A program made the translations under genes and the position numbers. Positions 38,659 through 47,827 of a stretch of 64,000 nt of DNA are shown here, one piece after another. The stretch is taken from the IMG/VR virus record IMGVR_UViG_3300020463_000009, positions 45,064 through 109,063 of that record. The stretch is one strand, 5' to 3'. The notes below the pieces were generated by a model that did no database searches, had not been told where the DNA came from, and saw only the letters and a program-made list of their open reading frames with translations. How positions within the stretch are numbered: the first letter of the stretch is position 1; each line of letters starts with the position of its first letter. This stretch comes from a virus.

Positions 38659-39101
38659 GTGAAGATACTATTAGTTGGTCACCAGAGCAAATGCTTGAGG
38701 TCACCATAAAACAACCAGATGACTTCTTAAAAGTCAGAGAAACCCTTACAAGAATTGGTGTAGCAAGTAGAAAAGATAAAACTCTTTTTCAATCTTGTCA
38801 TATACTACACAAACAAGGGAAATATTACATAACACACTTCAAAGAACTATTTGCTTTAGATGGTAAAAAATCAACATTGGTTGAAAACGATATACAGAGA
38901 AGAAACACAATTGCTTTATTACTACAAGACTGGAATTTAATTGATATTGTTGATAAATCTAAAGTAGAAAATAAAGCGCCATTATCACAGATTAAAGTTT
39001 TACCTTATAAAGAAAAAAAAGAGTGGACATTAAATGCTAAATATAATATAGGTAAAAAACCCGAAACAAAAGATGGCGAAAATGCAGGTCAGCAAGTTTA
39101 A
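38655..39101 (+). CDS. regA: translational repressor RegA
   Basis: DDFLKVRETLTRIGVAS, QSCHILHKQGKYYITHFKELF. Confidence 0.97.
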   Translation: MSEDTISWSPEQMLEVTIKQPDDFLKVRETLTRIGVASRKDKTLFQSCHILHKQGKYYITHFKELFALDGKKSTLVENDIQRRNTIALLLQDWNLIDIVDKSKVENKAPLSQIKVLPYKEKKEWTLNAKYNIGKKPETKDGENAGQQV

Positions 39102-40467
39102 AGATTACATAACGGAAGAAAAAGAAGGTAAACCCTTTTTAAGGTTACTCATTATTACAGATGAACCTGAAGAGGCAAAAACTTTTCATACTGCCGATAG
39201 ATTACAGGAAGAATGTGATAAGTTAGGCTATCCACATTATCTATTTAAACTTACTGGTGGTTATACAAGTTATGAGAATGGTATTCGTAAGTTTCATAAC
39301 AAAGATGATAAAAAAGGTTTTGAAGTAGGCGCAATGACCGTTGCTATTGTTCGTGGTAGTATTACACGAAAAGATAGTTGGATGGACTTTGTATCTATAT
39401 TAGAAAGAGCAAACGCAACTCTCGTAAATCCTAGAACTACAATTAATATGTGTGCTGATAAGTATAGAACAGCATTAAGACTTGCAGATTATGGTTTGAC
39501 GCAACCTATGACCAAGTTAATAAATGACCCCGAAAAATCAAATGAAATAGTTGACGAGGCAAAAATTAAGTTTCCTTTAATTATGAAAACATTAAGAGGT
39601 AGTAAAGGTGTTGGTGTATTGTTTATTGATAGTCCAAAAGGATTAGATTCTATTGTTCAATTAATACACAAACAAGATGAAGATACAGATTTATTAATAC
39701 AAGAATATATTAAAACAGAATATGATGTAAGAGTACATATTTTAGGTGGTAAATTTTTAGCGGCTATGAAACGACCTGTAATCGAAGGAGATTTTAGGTC
39801 AAATGTTTCTCAAGGTTCTAAACCAGAAAATATTAAATTAACAGAATTAGAAATAGAACATTGTTTATTGGCTTCAAAAGCAGTTGGTGGTTATTGGACT
39901 GCTGTTGATTTTATACCTAGTAAGAATAGAGAAAAAGAACCACCTTATTTTCTTGAAGTAAACTCTTCACCTGGTACAGAGGGTATTGAAGACGCTACTA
40001 AAAAGAACATTGCAAAAGAAGTTATACAACATTTTGCCAATGGAGAGAACAGATATTCTGTCCCGACAGAATGTGGTTTTAAGGAGATTTTAACCATAAA
40101 ACCGTTTGGCGAATTAATTTCAAAATTTGATACGGGTAATTCAGGAATGCCAGTTATTCATTCAGATAAAATGAAAGTTGATGGTAAAAAAATTACTTGG
40201 TCATTATTAGGTAAAACAATCACTAGTGATATTGTACGTAAAGAAGAAATATCAGTTGGTGGTTTAAGAGACTATGACGAAGATAGATATGTGGTAAAAT
40301 TAGATGTTGAATTTGCAGGTGGCCATTATAAAGATGTAGAATTTACCATAGATAATAGAGAAGATAGAACTCCTATCTTACTGGACCGTGCATTTATGAA
40401 GAGATTAAACGTTATGGTCAATCCACAAAGAAAATACGTTATAACAACCAAATACAGCATTGACTAA
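39082..40467 (+). CDS. rimK: RimK-like ATP-grasp ligase fused to a RimK-associated aspartic (retropepsin-like) protease
   Basis: ADKY, MKTLRGSKGVGV, IQEYI, DVRV, FRSNVSQG, EVNSSPG; C-terminal KFDTGN and ILLDR. Confidence 0.85.
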   Translation: MQVSKFKDYITEEKEGKPFLRLLIITDEPEEAKTFHTADRLQEECDKLGYPHYLFKLTGGYTSYENGIRKFHNKDDKKGFEVGAMTVAIVRGSITRKDSWMDFVSILERANATLVNPRTTINMCADKYRTALRLADYGLTQPMTKLINDPEKSNEIVDEAKIKFPLIMKTLRGSKGVGVLFIDSPKGLDSIVQLIHKQDEDTDLLIQEYIKTEYDVRVHILGGKFLAAMKRPVIEGDFRSNVSQGSKPENIKLTELEIEHCLLASKAVGGYWTAVDFIPSKNREKEPPYFLEVNSSPGTEGIEDATKKNIAKEVIQHFANGENRYSVPTECGFKEILTIKPFGELISKFDTGNSGMPVIHSDKMKVDGKKITWSLLGKTITSDIVRKEEISVGGLRDYDEDRYVVKLDVEFAGGHYKDVEFTIDNREDRTPILLDRAFMKRLNVMVNPQRKYVITTKYSID

Positions 40468-40488
40468 TTGAAGTCTTTGTGATAGGAT
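40460..40488 (+). promoter_or_regulatory. sigma70-type promoter
   Basis: TTGACT-N17-TAGGAT with TG extension. Confidence 0.65.
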
Positions 40489-40494
40489 TATAGA

Positions 40495-40809
40495 ATGAAA
40501 AATATTAAAATAATGAGATTAGTTACCGGTGAAGATATTATAGGCAATATATCTGAATCTCAAGGTTTAATAACAATCAAAAAAGCTTTTGTAATAATTC
40601 CAATGCAGGCAACTCCAGGAAAACCTGTTCAGTTGGTATTATCACCTTGGCAACCTTATACAGATGATAAGGAGATTACAATTGATGATAGTAAAGTTAT
40701 CACAATTACTAGTCCAAAAGATGATATTATTAAATCTTATGAAAGTCATACAAGCGAGATAATAACTCCATCAGGATTAATTACAGAAACTAAACTACCT
40801 AAACTTTAA
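40495..40809 (+). CDS. hypothetical Sm-like protein
   Basis: IKIMRLVTGEDIIG..PWQPY; resembles 23244..23699. Confidence 0.65.
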   Translation: MKNIKIMRLVTGEDIIGNISESQGLITIKKAFVIIPMQATPGKPVQLVLSPWQPYTDDKEITIDDSKVITITSPKDDIIKSYESHTSEIITPSGLITETKLPKL

Positions 40810-40810
40810 A

Positions 40811-41140
40811 GTGGTAACCGTATATTTTATTAGGGCTGATAATGAAAAAGTCCGAGTAGAAGTATCAGAGGGTACTACCTTAATGCAGGCTGCTAAAGAG
40901 GCAAACATAAGAGAAATACCTGCTGATTGTGGTGGTAGTTGTGCTTGTGCTACGTGTCATATATATTTAAGTAATGCTTGGACACATATTCTACCTATTA
41001 AACAAAATAGTTTAGAACAATCATTATTAGAATATGAACGTGGTTATAAAGAAGGTGTGAGTAGATTAAGTTGTCAGATACAATTGACAAAAGAATTAAA
41101 TAATTTGACGGTGAGGTTAAGAGATAATGAACTTTTATAA
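40811..41140 (+). CDS. fdx: [2Fe-2S] ferredoxin (adrenodoxin/ISC type)
   Basis: CGGSCACATCH and SRLSCQ; GTG start. Confidence 0.93.
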   Translation: MVTVYFIRADNEKVRVEVSEGTTLMQAAKEANIREIPADCGGSCACATCHIYLSNAWTHILPIKQNSLEQSLLEYERGYKEGVSRLSCQIQLTKELNNLTVRLRDNELL

Positions 41141-43610
41141 GAATGTAATTGAACACAAAGGCAAACTTCTTATTCGTGGTGTATTAAACGGAAAAGATTA
41201 CAAAGATAAAATAGATTTTGGTCCTACTCTCTACGCCTTATCACAGGAAAAATCAGAATTTAAAAATCTACAAGGTCAGTATTTAAAACCTATAACATTT
41301 AAAGATATTAGGTCTACTCGTCAATTCAAAAAAGATTATGGAGCACAATCACCATTATTTGGTTTAGAACGTTATCATTATCAATACATTGGCAAAAATT
41401 ATCCAGAGGCCATACAATGGTCAAAAGAACATATCAAAATATTCACATTAGATATAGAAACAACCTGTGAAAATGGTTTTCCAGATGTAGAAAATCCTAT
41501 TGAAGAGTTGTTATGTATCACGGTAAAAAATCAATCTAATAAACAAATATTAACTTGGGGTGTTGGCGACTTTCATACAGATAGAACAGACGTTACCTAT
41601 GTCAGATGTAGAGACGAAAAACAATTAATGTTTGAGTTTATGAAATTCTGGTTGAAAAATTATCCTGATGTTATCACAGGCTGGAATACAAAATTCTTTG
41701 ACTTACCTTATTTAATGAATAGAATTAAATTGATTGCAGGTGATAAAGTTGCAAACAGAATGTCGCCTTGGAACTTAATCAATCGTGATGAGATTGTTGT
41801 AAGAGGCAGACCACAAACCGTTTATCAACTATTTGGTATTGTAATGTTAGACTATCTTGATTTGTACAAATGGTTTATACCAACAAGACAAGAGAGTTAT
41901 AGATTAGATTTTATTGGCGAACTAGAACTAGGCCAAAAGAAACACGAAAACCCTTTTGAAACATTTAAAGATTTCTATACTAAAGACTTTCAAAAGTTTG
42001 TAGATTACAATATTCAAGATGTAGAAATTGTTGATTCATTAGAAGATAAGTTAGGTCTTATTGACTTATCATTAACCGTAGCATATGAATCTAAAGTAAA
42101 CTATGATGATATATTTTCGCAAGTAAGAGTATGGGACACATTGATTGCAAACCATTTAATGAAAAAGAATATATGTGTACCACCAAGAGAAGAACATAGT
42201 AAAGAAACAAAATACGAAGGTGCTTACGTAAAAGAACCTCAACTAGGCGGCCATAATTGGATTGTGTCGTTTGATATAAACTCACTATATCCACATATTA
42301 TTATTCAATATAATATTTCACCGGAAAAAATTATCGGTTCGTCTAGTAAAGGTGTATCTGTAAATAAAATGTTATCACATACACCACTTGACTTTTTAAA
42401 AACAGAGGGTGCTTGTTTAACACCTAATGGTGCAATGTTTAAAAATGATAGTCAAGGGTTTCTACCTGAAATGATGGAAACAATGTACAATGAACGTGTA
42501 ATTTACAAGAAAAGAATGTTAAAGGCTAAAAAAGAATATCAAAAAACAAAAGACCCTAAACTTGTAAAAGAAATTTCACGTTGTCATAATATTCAATGGG
42601 CAAGAAAGATTGCCTTAAACTCAGCTTATGGTGCAGTAGGTAATCAATACTTTAGATACTATGATGTAAGACAGGCAAGTGGTATTACAACTGCTGGTCA
42701 ATTTATTATTCGTTTCATTGAAGAAAAAATGAATACATATCTAAATCAAATATTACAAACTAAAGATAAGGTTGATTATATTGTGGCGTCTGATACAGAT
42801 TCAATTTATGTTTGTTTAGATAAATTGGTAGAGAAGACTTGTAAAGATAAAACAAATGACCAGATTACAGATTTTATTGGTAAAGTTTGTGATAATAAAT
42901 TAGAACCATATATTGAAAAATGTTTTGAAGAACTAGCTGACTATTCAAATGCTTTTAAAAATGCAATGGTAATGAAACGAGAAGTTATTGCCAATAAAGG
43001 TATTTGGGTTGCAAAGAAAAGATATATGTTAAATGTTATTGATGAAGAAGGCATTAGACTTGCTGACCCTAAACTTAAACTTATGGGTATTGAGGCAGTT
43101 AAATCATCAACACCACAGGTTTGTAGAGGTAAAATTAAAGACGCAATCAAAATCATTATGGGTAAAAGTGAAAATGAACTACACGATTTTGTTGCAAACT
43201 TTAAAAAAGAATTTAAAGAATTGCCACCAGAGGCAATTGCTTTTCCTAGAAGTTGTAATAACTTGAGGAAGTACCGTGATAACAATAGTATTTTTATCAA
43301 AGGTACTCCAATTCACGTCAAAGGTGCGTTGATATATAATCATCAAATAAAAGAGTTTGGTTTACAAAATAAGTTTCCTTACATACAAGAAGGCGACAAG
43401 ATTAAGTTTATCAAATTAATAGAGGCAAATCCTTTTAAGTTTGATGTTATAAGTTATATAACTAGTTTGCCTACGGAGTTTAAATTAAAACAATACGTAG
43501 ATTATGAAACACAATTTGAGAAGACCTTTTTAGACCCTATGAGATTTATTCTTCAGGCTATAGGTTGGGAACACGAACCAAAGGCAACGTTGGAGGCATT
43601 TTTTGGATGA
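41127..43610 (+). CDS. gp43: family B DNA polymerase gp43
   Basis: DIET exonuclease, SFDINSLYP, KIALNSAYG, SDTDS, KKRY; C-terminal clamp motif TLEAFF. Confidence 0.98.
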   Translation: MNFYKNVIEHKGKLLIRGVLNGKDYKDKIDFGPTLYALSQEKSEFKNLQGQYLKPITFKDIRSTRQFKKDYGAQSPLFGLERYHYQYIGKNYPEAIQWSKEHIKIFTLDIETTCENGFPDVENPIEELLCITVKNQSNKQILTWGVGDFHTDRTDVTYVRCRDEKQLMFEFMKFWLKNYPDVITGWNTKFFDLPYLMNRIKLIAGDKVANRMSPWNLINRDEIVVRGRPQTVYQLFGIVMLDYLDLYKWFIPTRQESYRLDFIGELELGQKKHENPFETFKDFYTKDFQKFVDYNIQDVEIVDSLEDKLGLIDLSLTVAYESKVNYDDIFSQVRVWDTLIANHLMKKNICVPPREEHSKETKYEGAYVKEPQLGGHNWIVSFDINSLYPHIIIQYNISPEKIIGSSSKGVSVNKMLSHTPLDFLKTEGACLTPNGAMFKNDSQGFLPEMMETMYNERVIYKKRMLKAKKEYQKTKDPKLVKEISRCHNIQWARKIALNSAYGAVGNQYFRYYDVRQASGITTAGQFIIRFIEEKMNTYLNQILQTKDKVDYIVASDTDSIYVCLDKLVEKTCKDKTNDQITDFIGKVCDNKLEPYIEKCFEELADYSNAFKNAMVMKREVIANKGIWVAKKRYMLNVIDEEGIRLADPKLKLMGIEAVKSSTPQVCRGKIKDAIKIIMGKSENELHDFVANFKKEFKELPPEAIAFPRSCNNLRKYRDNNSIFIKGTPIHVKGALIYNHQIKEFGLQNKFPYIQEGDKIKFIKLIEANPFKFDVISYITSLPTEFKLKQYVDYETQFEKTFLDPMRFILQAIGWEHEPKATLEAFFG

Positions 43611-44092
43611 AAAAATTTAAGAATAATATAGAAGACTTTTTTAAATGGGTAAAAGGTACAGAGTTAGTTGAACTTGATGACATTGATGTATCTGAAGACC
43701 CGGTAAGACCTGAATTAACATTAGGTTTTAGAATTACTAACGGCAGAAAAATATTTGGTCTAAAATATAATGATGAGATAGAGGCAATAGTTTGTGTTGC
43801 ATTATGTCCTGAAGTACCACACACGGTAAGAGAAATGGATTATATGTCTCAAGCGGCCAATCAAGAAGACCAAAGAGGCGAAATAGTTGTTGCATACACC
43901 GTATGGTCAAGAAAAAGAGGTGCAGGCAAAGAGATAATTAATAAGTTGGCTGAATGGGCAAAACAAAATAATTTTCAAAGAGTAGTTACCTTATCACCAT
44001 TAACACCAATGGCTACACATTTTCATATAAAGAATGGTGCAAAACAAATTAAAGTAAGTGAAGATACTCAAAATTTTGAATATAAACTATGA
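43607..44092 (+). CDS. GNAT-fold hypothetical protein
   Basis: AYTVWSRKRGAGKEII..VVTLSP..HFHIKNGA resembles GNAT motifs A and B. Confidence 0.6.
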   Translation: MKKFKNNIEDFFKWVKGTELVELDDIDVSEDPVRPELTLGFRITNGRKIFGLKYNDEIEAIVCVALCPEVPHTVREMDYMSQAANQEDQRGEIVVAYTVWSRKRGAGKEIINKLAEWAKQNNFQRVVTLSPLTPMATHFHIKNGAKQIKVSEDTQNFEYKL

Positions 44093-44238
44093 CAACATAC
44101 GACATAATAATATTTTATCTAGTTTTATTTTGGTCTTTTAAGATAGGTACATTTTTTGCCTATTCAAATATAAAAATATGGCAGTTTTTATTCTTATGTT
44201 TTTTACTTAAAATGGTAGGTATGGCTTATGTTTCCTAA
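44089..44238 (+). CDS. small membrane protein (49 aa, not in ORF track)
   Basis: MTTYDIIIFYLVLFWSFKIGTFF..WQFLFLCFLLKMVG; ATGA overlap with the upstream gene. Confidence 0.5.
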   Translation: MTTYDIIIFYLVLFWSFKIGTFFAYSNIKIWQFLFLCFLLKMVGMAYVS

Positions 44239-44758
44239 TAAAAAATATGGTGTGATATATGCAGACCCACCTTGGTATTTTAAATCAAGGTCAAAGAAAG
44301 GTGAGGGTAGAAATCCTAATCAACACTATAATTGTATGGAGTTATTAGATATTTGTAATCTACCTGTAAAAAATATATCTGCTGACAATTCAGTTTTATT
44401 AATGTGGGTTATAGACCCTATGTTAGACCTTGCATTTGATGTAATAGAAGCCTGGGGTTTTCAATACAAGACCGTAGGTTTTACTTGGGCGAAAACAAAT
44501 AAAACTAATATGGGTATGTTTACCGGTTTAGGTTACTGGACTAGAGGCAATCCAGAAATGTGTTTACTTGCAACAAAAGGTAAACCAAAAAGAATTAACA
44601 AAGATGTAAAACAATTAATAGTTTCACAAAGAGAAGAACACTCAAAGAAACCTTTATTACATAAAGAAATAGAAAGACTTGTACCTGGCCCCTACATTGA
44701 ATTGTTTGCAAGAAAAAAACCTTATGATAATTGGGATTATTGGGGTAATGAAGTATGA
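44228..44758 (+). CDS. MT-A70-family N6-adenine DNA methyltransferase
   Basis: IYADPPW, LLMW, AWGFQYKT..FTWAK, GYWTRGNPEMCL, HSKKP, IELFAR. Confidence 0.92.
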   Translation: MFPNKKYGVIYADPPWYFKSRSKKGEGRNPNQHYNCMELLDICNLPVKNISADNSVLLMWVIDPMLDLAFDVIEAWGFQYKTVGFTWAKTNKTNMGMFTGLGYWTRGNPEMCLLATKGKPKRINKDVKQLIVSQREEHSKKPLLHKEIERLVPGPYIELFARKKPYDNWDYWGNEV

Positions 44759-45000
44759 AAATTAGATATTATAAAAGAATAGATGGCTGGCGATGGCTAG
44801 GTTTTCTATTAGCAATGATAGGTGCTTTTATATTATCTAATGCAGATGTTCAAACACAATGGATGGGGTGGGCAATTGCCACAATGTCTTGTAGTATTTG
44901 GATTTATATGGGAATAAAAGATAAAGATATACCAAGAGCGCTAATGGAACTTATGTATTTACTATTAGCATTAAGGGCTATATATAATTGGGTTATATGA
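44755..45000 (+). CDS. small 3-TM membrane protein
   Basis: Three hydrophobic segments, PnuC/SemiSWEET-like size. Confidence 0.6.
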   Translation: MKIRYYKRIDGWRWLGFLLAMIGAFILSNADVQTQWMGWAIATMSCSIWIYMGIKDKDIPRALMELMYLLLALRAIYNWVI

Positions 45001-45018
45001 TTATAGATTTATTACTGG

Positions 45019-45047
45019 TTGCCTTATTCATAAAAATGTGTTATATT
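45019..45047 (+). promoter_or_regulatory. sigma70-type promoter of second DUF4338 gene
   Basis: TTGCCT-N17-TATATT with TG extension. Confidence 0.55.
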
Positions 45048-45078
45048 TTACCCTTATTTTTATTATGGAAATGGAATA

Positions 45079-46176
45079 ATGAAGACCCTAACTAAAGAAG
45101 AAGCACTACATTGTGCTAACGTATTTACAAATTATTTTGGCCAGTTTAGTCGTATAGACCAGTATATGCGAGACCAAAAAATGGCACAGATTGAAACTAT
45201 ACCAGCACCTCTTCCTGGTATGGGTTTAGATTCAGATATGTTTGATGAATTTGATATGTCACCAGAGGTTATGGATTTAGAAGTTGTTGAATTAGATAAT
45301 GATACTTGGGACACTTGTATTAATATGATATCAAGTCATAGTAATATGGTTTCTATACCAGGTAAAACATTAAAACTGGCAGTAAAAGAAAAAAATACAG
45401 GTAAGTTTGTAGGTTTTATGAGATTTGGTTCACCTGTAATTAATATGAAACCTAGAAATACTTTATTAGGTAATGTACCTGAACTTACATCATTTAATAA
45501 AACTTCTATTATGGGTTTTGTTATAGTGCCTACACAACCATTTGGTTTTAATTATCTAGGTGGTAAATTGTTAGCCGCCTTATGTTGTTCTCACGAAGTC
45601 AGAGAAAAACTAAACAAAAAATATAATATGAATTTAGTAATGTTTGAGACTACTAGTTTATATGGCAATTCAAAGTCAGCAAGTCAATATGATGGTATGA
45701 AACCTATGTTAAGATATAAAGGCTTAACTGATAGTGATTTTATACCTATGATACACGGCAAACCATTTAAAGATTTACAAAATTATGTTGAAAGTAGAAC
45801 TGGTCATTTAGTACCAGAAAATGCCTCTAGTAGAAAACTTAAATTAACAAATGCAATTATTGGTTTAATTAAAAGGTCAATAGATGGTGATGATTTAAAA
45901 ACTTTTAATACTACAATACTTAATGCTAAAAAATTAACTGAACAAAAAAGATATTATGTATCTAATTATGGTATCGAAAATTATATTGATATAGTAAATG
46001 GTAAAACAGATAAGATTGTTAGAGCACCTAACTATGAAAGATTCTACGATAACGAACTTATAGAATGGTGGCGTAAACTTGCTACTAAAAGATTTTATAA
46101 ATTAAAAGAAGATGGTCGTTTAAGAAATAATTTAGAGATATGGACAAGAGACAGCGAGATAGACATAATAAGATAG
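45079..46176 (+). CDS. DUF4338/DruA-family protein (copy 2)
   Basis: PGKTLKLAVKE..GKFVG, IVPTQPFGFNYLGGKLLAALCCS, FETTSLYG..SQYDG. Confidence 0.78.
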   Translation: MKTLTKEEALHCANVFTNYFGQFSRIDQYMRDQKMAQIETIPAPLPGMGLDSDMFDEFDMSPEVMDLEVVELDNDTWDTCINMISSHSNMVSIPGKTLKLAVKEKNTGKFVGFMRFGSPVINMKPRNTLLGNVPELTSFNKTSIMGFVIVPTQPFGFNYLGGKLLAALCCSHEVREKLNKKYNMNLVMFETTSLYGNSKSASQYDGMKPMLRYKGLTDSDFIPMIHGKPFKDLQNYVESRTGHLVPENASSRKLKLTNAIIGLIKRSIDGDDLKTFNTTILNAKKLTEQKRYYVSNYGIENYIDIVNGKTDKIVRAPNYERFYDNELIEWWRKLATKRFYKLKEDGRLRNNLEIWTRDSEIDIIR

Positions 46177-46373
46177 ATGATTTTACAAAAGAGGAAAAGT
46201 TATCAGGTGGTGCCGTATTTGAGATTGGTGTAAGACAATCTAAAGAACATAAGGCAATTAGAAGAATAGCAGAACCATTGATGGCAAAACATTGGAAAGA
46301 TAAGGTTACTAATTTACATAGAATATATAAGGTTGCAGAGTACCTACATAAGAGAAGTAAAAGAGCAAAATGA
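46140..46373 (+). CDS. hypothetical protein
   Basis: 77 aa ORF. Confidence 0.55.
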   Translation: MDKRQRDRHNKIDDFTKEEKLSGGAVFEIGVRQSKEHKAIRRIAEPLMAKHWKDKVTNLHRIYKVAEYLHKRSKRAK

Positions 46374-46376
46374 TTA

Positions 46377-46550
46377 ATGAGAATAACAATATACAAGAGA
46401 TACAATGACTATATTAGCCACGACTTTCCTCCCCAGGAGCTTGACAATATTAAGGAAGTATTGTATAGTCTAAATATAAAATGGTATACAATAAGTTATA
46501 CAGAAAAGGAAATGATAGAATATGAGCGATTTTTTAAAAGACATAATTAA
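46377..46550 (+). CDS. hypothetical protein (57 aa, not in ORF track)
   Basis: [32 protein letters not shown]... fills the gap before uvsX. Confidence 0.4.
   Translation: MRITIYKRYNDYISHDFPPQELDNIKEVLYSLNIKWYTISYTEKEMIEYERFFKRHN
46441..46469 (+). promoter_or_regulatory. sigma70 promoter for uvsX-gp41
   Basis: TTGACA-N17-TATAGT. Confidence 0.7.
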
Positions 46551-47544
46551 AGAAACAGGTAATGAGTATGCTACACTAGCAAAAGACGGTGTTGCCGGAG
46601 GTGATATAGATAGTTTTATTGATACTGGTTCTTATTCTTTTAATGCTCTTCTTTCAGGTTCAATTTATGGTGGTATGCCTAGTAATAGAATTACAGCAAT
46701 TGCAGGTGAAGCTGCTACAGGTAAAACTTTCTTTGCATTAGGTGTTGTTAAATCATTTTTAGATAATGATAAAGACGCAGGTGTAATATACTTTGAATCA
46801 GAAAATGCAATATCAAAAGATATGGTTGAAGGTAGAGGTGTTGATAGTACAAGATTATTAGTAATGCCAGTTGCAACGGTGCAAGAATTTAGAACACAAT
46901 CAATTAAAATTATAGACAAATATTTGGAACAACCAGAGGCAAGTAGAAAACCAATGATGTTTGTATTAGATAGTTTAGGTATGTTATCTACTACAAAAGA
47001 AATGACAGATACAGCCGAGGGTAAAGAGACAAGAGATATGACAAGGTCTCAAATTGTTAAGTCTGCTTTCAGAGTATTAACTTTGAAATTAGGACAAGCA
47101 AATGTTCCTATGATAATGACCAATCATACTTATGATGTGATTGGCAGTATGTTTCCCCAAAAAGAAATGGGTGGCGGTTCAGGTTTGAAATACGCTGCCT
47201 CTTCAATCATCTATCTTGGTAAACGAAAAGAAAAAGACGGTACCGAGGTTGTTGGTAATATTATTCATTGTAAAAATTATAAATCAAGAATTACAAAAGA
47301 GAATGCTCAAATAGATGTTAGATTAACTTATAAAACAGGTCTTGACCGATACTATGGTCTTTTAGAAATGGCTGAAGACGCAGGTGTTTTTAAGAAAGTA
47401 TCTACAAGATATGAAACACCAGCAGGTAAAGCCTTTGGTAAATCTATCTATTCAGAGCCTGAAAAGTTTTTTACAAAAGAGGTACTAACAAAGATTGATG
47501 AATACACAAAACAAAAATTCACCTACGGACAAGACGAAGCCTAA
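46522..47544 (+). CDS. uvsX: RecA-like recombinase UvsX
   Basis: [31 protein letters not shown]. Confidence 0.96.
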   Translation: MSDFLKDIIKETGNEYATLAKDGVAGGDIDSFIDTGSYSFNALLSGSIYGGMPSNRITAIAGEAATGKTFFALGVVKSFLDNDKDAGVIYFESENAISKDMVEGRGVDSTRLLVMPVATVQEFRTQSIKIIDKYLEQPEASRKPMMFVLDSLGMLSTTKEMTDTAEGKETRDMTRSQIVKSAFRVLTLKLGQANVPMIMTNHTYDVIGSMFPQKEMGGGSGLKYAASSIIYLGKRKEKDGTEVVGNIIHCKNYKSRITKENAQIDVRLTYKTGLDRYYGLLEMAEDAGVFKKVSTRYETPAGKAFGKSIYSEPEKFFTKEVLTKIDEYTKQKFTYGQDEA

Positions 47545-47827
47545 AAGATATGCTTTCGCTCACAAAGAGGGCGATGAATACTCCTGTATAAAATTAACAG
47601 AGGGTAAATTCAAAGGCATTATATATCATTATGGTAAAGTTTCTTTTGCACCTGAATCAGAAATGAAAGAGGGTAAATTACCTATGAAGTTTGATTACAC
47701 CGTAGCATTAAATCCTACTGAACAAGTATTATATGATAATCAAGAGTTTATTGATTACATTGGTGATATATTAATAGAATTATTAGATGAACAATTGAAA
47801 CAAGGTAATATAAAAAATGCAAAGTGA
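47495..47827 (+). CDS. hypothetical protein (gp40-like position)
   Basis: [21 protein letters not shown]; lies between uvsX and gp41. Confidence 0.6.
   Translation: MMNTQNKNSPTDKTKPKRYAFAHKEGDEYSCIKLTEGKFKGIIYHYGKVSFAPESEMKEGKLPMKFDYTVALNPTEQVLYDNQEFIDYIGDILIELLDEQLKQGNIKNAK

Noticed and set aside
28402-46176. Druantia anti-phage defence system
   Set aside because: Only DruA-like genes are present; no DruE helicase or DruB-D in the window
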